Part shown: positions 62,652-64,000 of the stretch, in pieces
Layout of the letters: each line of letters opens with the position of its first letter
Numbering within the stretch: position 1 is the first letter of the stretch
Assembly: GCA_013265495.1 (NCBI GenBank)
Contig: MU058540.1
Coordinates: forward strand, 1,389,696-1,453,695
Length of the DNA stretch: 64,000 nucleotides
Reading direction: 5' to 3'
DNA from: Vicugna vicugna
Lineage: Eukaryota
The notes under the pieces: model-generated
What the model saw: the letters and a program-made list of their open reading frames with translations, nothing else
Told to the model about the DNA's origin: nothing
Databases searched by the model: none
Translations under genes and position numbers: made by a program

Positions 62652-63241
62652 TCACATTATGATTTTAATTTACATTTTTTGATGATTGGTTTATTAGAAT
62701 TTTGGATATCCTCTTTCACAAAGCATTGATGTATTTTTCCCATTTATCTTTTGGATTATTTGTCTTTTTCTCATTAATTTGTAGAAGTTCTTTATATATT
62801 CTGGAAACAAGTCCTTGGTTACATACATGTATTACAAATATCTTCTACTCTATGGATTCACTTTCACTCTTAATGTTGGTTTTTTGTTAATCCAAAATTA
62901 TTTATTCTAGTGTAGTCCTGTATATCTATTTTTCCCTTTATGGTTAGCACTTTTTGTGTTTTGTTTAAGGAATCTTTTCCTATCCTAAGGTGTGAAGATA
63001 TTCTATGTTTTTTTCTAACTTTATTCTTCTAGCTTTATTATTTGACCTTTCACATTTAGATCTACAATAAATCTTTTTCTTTAATTGAAGTTTAGTTTAC
63101 TTACAATGTTGTGTCATTTTACAATCAATCTTGAAACTTTTTTTTTGTTTGTTTGATGTAAGATAGAGGTTAATATTATTTTTTATCTTCATGGATATCC
63201 TCAAATTGACCATGCGCCATTTGAAAAGACAGTCTTTTCAT

Positions 63242-63525
63242 ACTCACAGACATAGAAAACAAACTTATGGTTACCATGGGAGAAAAGGGGTGGGAAGGGA
63301 TAAACTGGGAGTTTGAGATTTTCAGATACTAACTACTATATATAAAATAGATAAACAATGTTTCTATTGTATAGTACAGGGAAATATATTCAGTGTCTTG
63401 TAGTAACCCATCATGAAAAAGAATATGAAAAGGAACATATATGTATGTATATGTATGACTGGAACATTATGCTGTACATCAGAAATTGACACAATATTGT
63501 AAACTGACTGTATGTCAATTAAAAA
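63242..63525 (+). mobile_element. Lineage-specific L1 3' UTR
   Basis: actcacagacatagaaaacaaacttatggttacc...gacacaatattgtaaactgac...tcaattaaaaa. Related to the 26042-26320 3' UTR. Confidence 0.85.
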
Positions 63526-64000
63526 GAATCATCCAAAAAAATTTTACCCTTGAGGTACCTCAACAATTATCTTCTTCTGGACACATTTCATTTTCTTTCA
63601 GTTTTTCTTGATATGGGATATAACTTATTTTTTTAAATTTTGTGGTAAAAGTTTTATAAAGTGCTGTATGTCGTGTTTCTTAAATTGAATATGCATATAT
63701 AATTTAATGTTTTTTTCATCATCTACTCATTGCAAGAAAATAATATGAAATAAGACTATAAACAAAACTAGATATAATCTTTACTAATCTCCATATGGGA
63801 GAAATCTGCAGTAAATAAACCAGCATATAGATTAATAGTCTCACTTCAAAGCTATTATATGGAAAATTGGAGTTTTGACATGTCAAATAAATATTAAAAG
63901 CAAAAAAACCCAATCTTTTCCATACTGCACTGTCACTTTTGTCCTAAGTCAAATGTCTCTCAGTGTAGTTTTGATATATATGAATAAGGTTGAACATCAT

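Larger units (their letters stand above)
61010..64000 (-). mobile_element. Nested L1M cluster in BLTP3A intron 4
   Basis: Several minus-strand L1 3' segments. Inner 2.2-kb element bounded by TSD tcagtgtagtttt at 61756-61768 and 63960-63972. Confidence 0.8.

Overview
This is mammalian genomic DNA, very probably camelid. The evidence is about 12 copies of a tRNA-Ala(AGC)-derived SINE resembling the camelid vic-1 family; I saw no Alu, B1/B2, Bov-A/tA or PRE-1 copies. The window holds two + strand genes. SNRPC (U1 snRNP protein C) is complete: 6 coding exons, join 14784-14791, 15140-15182, 18931-19039, 20957-21046, 22507-22611, 25315-25439 = 480 nt, 159 aa, with a CpG-island promoter and an AATAAA at 25641. 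BLTP3A/UHRF1BP1 is represented by its first four exons (34977-35020, 59836-59998, 60100-60138, 60848-60939) and runs off the window. Most of the rest is interspersed repeats (L1 of several ages, L2, MIR, MaLR/ERV LTRs, hAT DNA transposons). Nearly all ORFs in the supplied track are spurious or L1 remnants. I see no clearly new biological system. The strongest leads are four. (1) A strong-Kozak uORF in the BLTP3A leader whose stop codon lies inside a strong alternative 5' splice site that would join it in frame to exon 2. (2) A candidate 6-nt in-frame microexon and two candidate poison exons in SNRPC. (3) An apparent ~380-bp L1 3' transduction inside a multi-level repeat nest. (4) Several well-preserved insertion and repair scars. 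Repeat family names are from recall, not from a database search.
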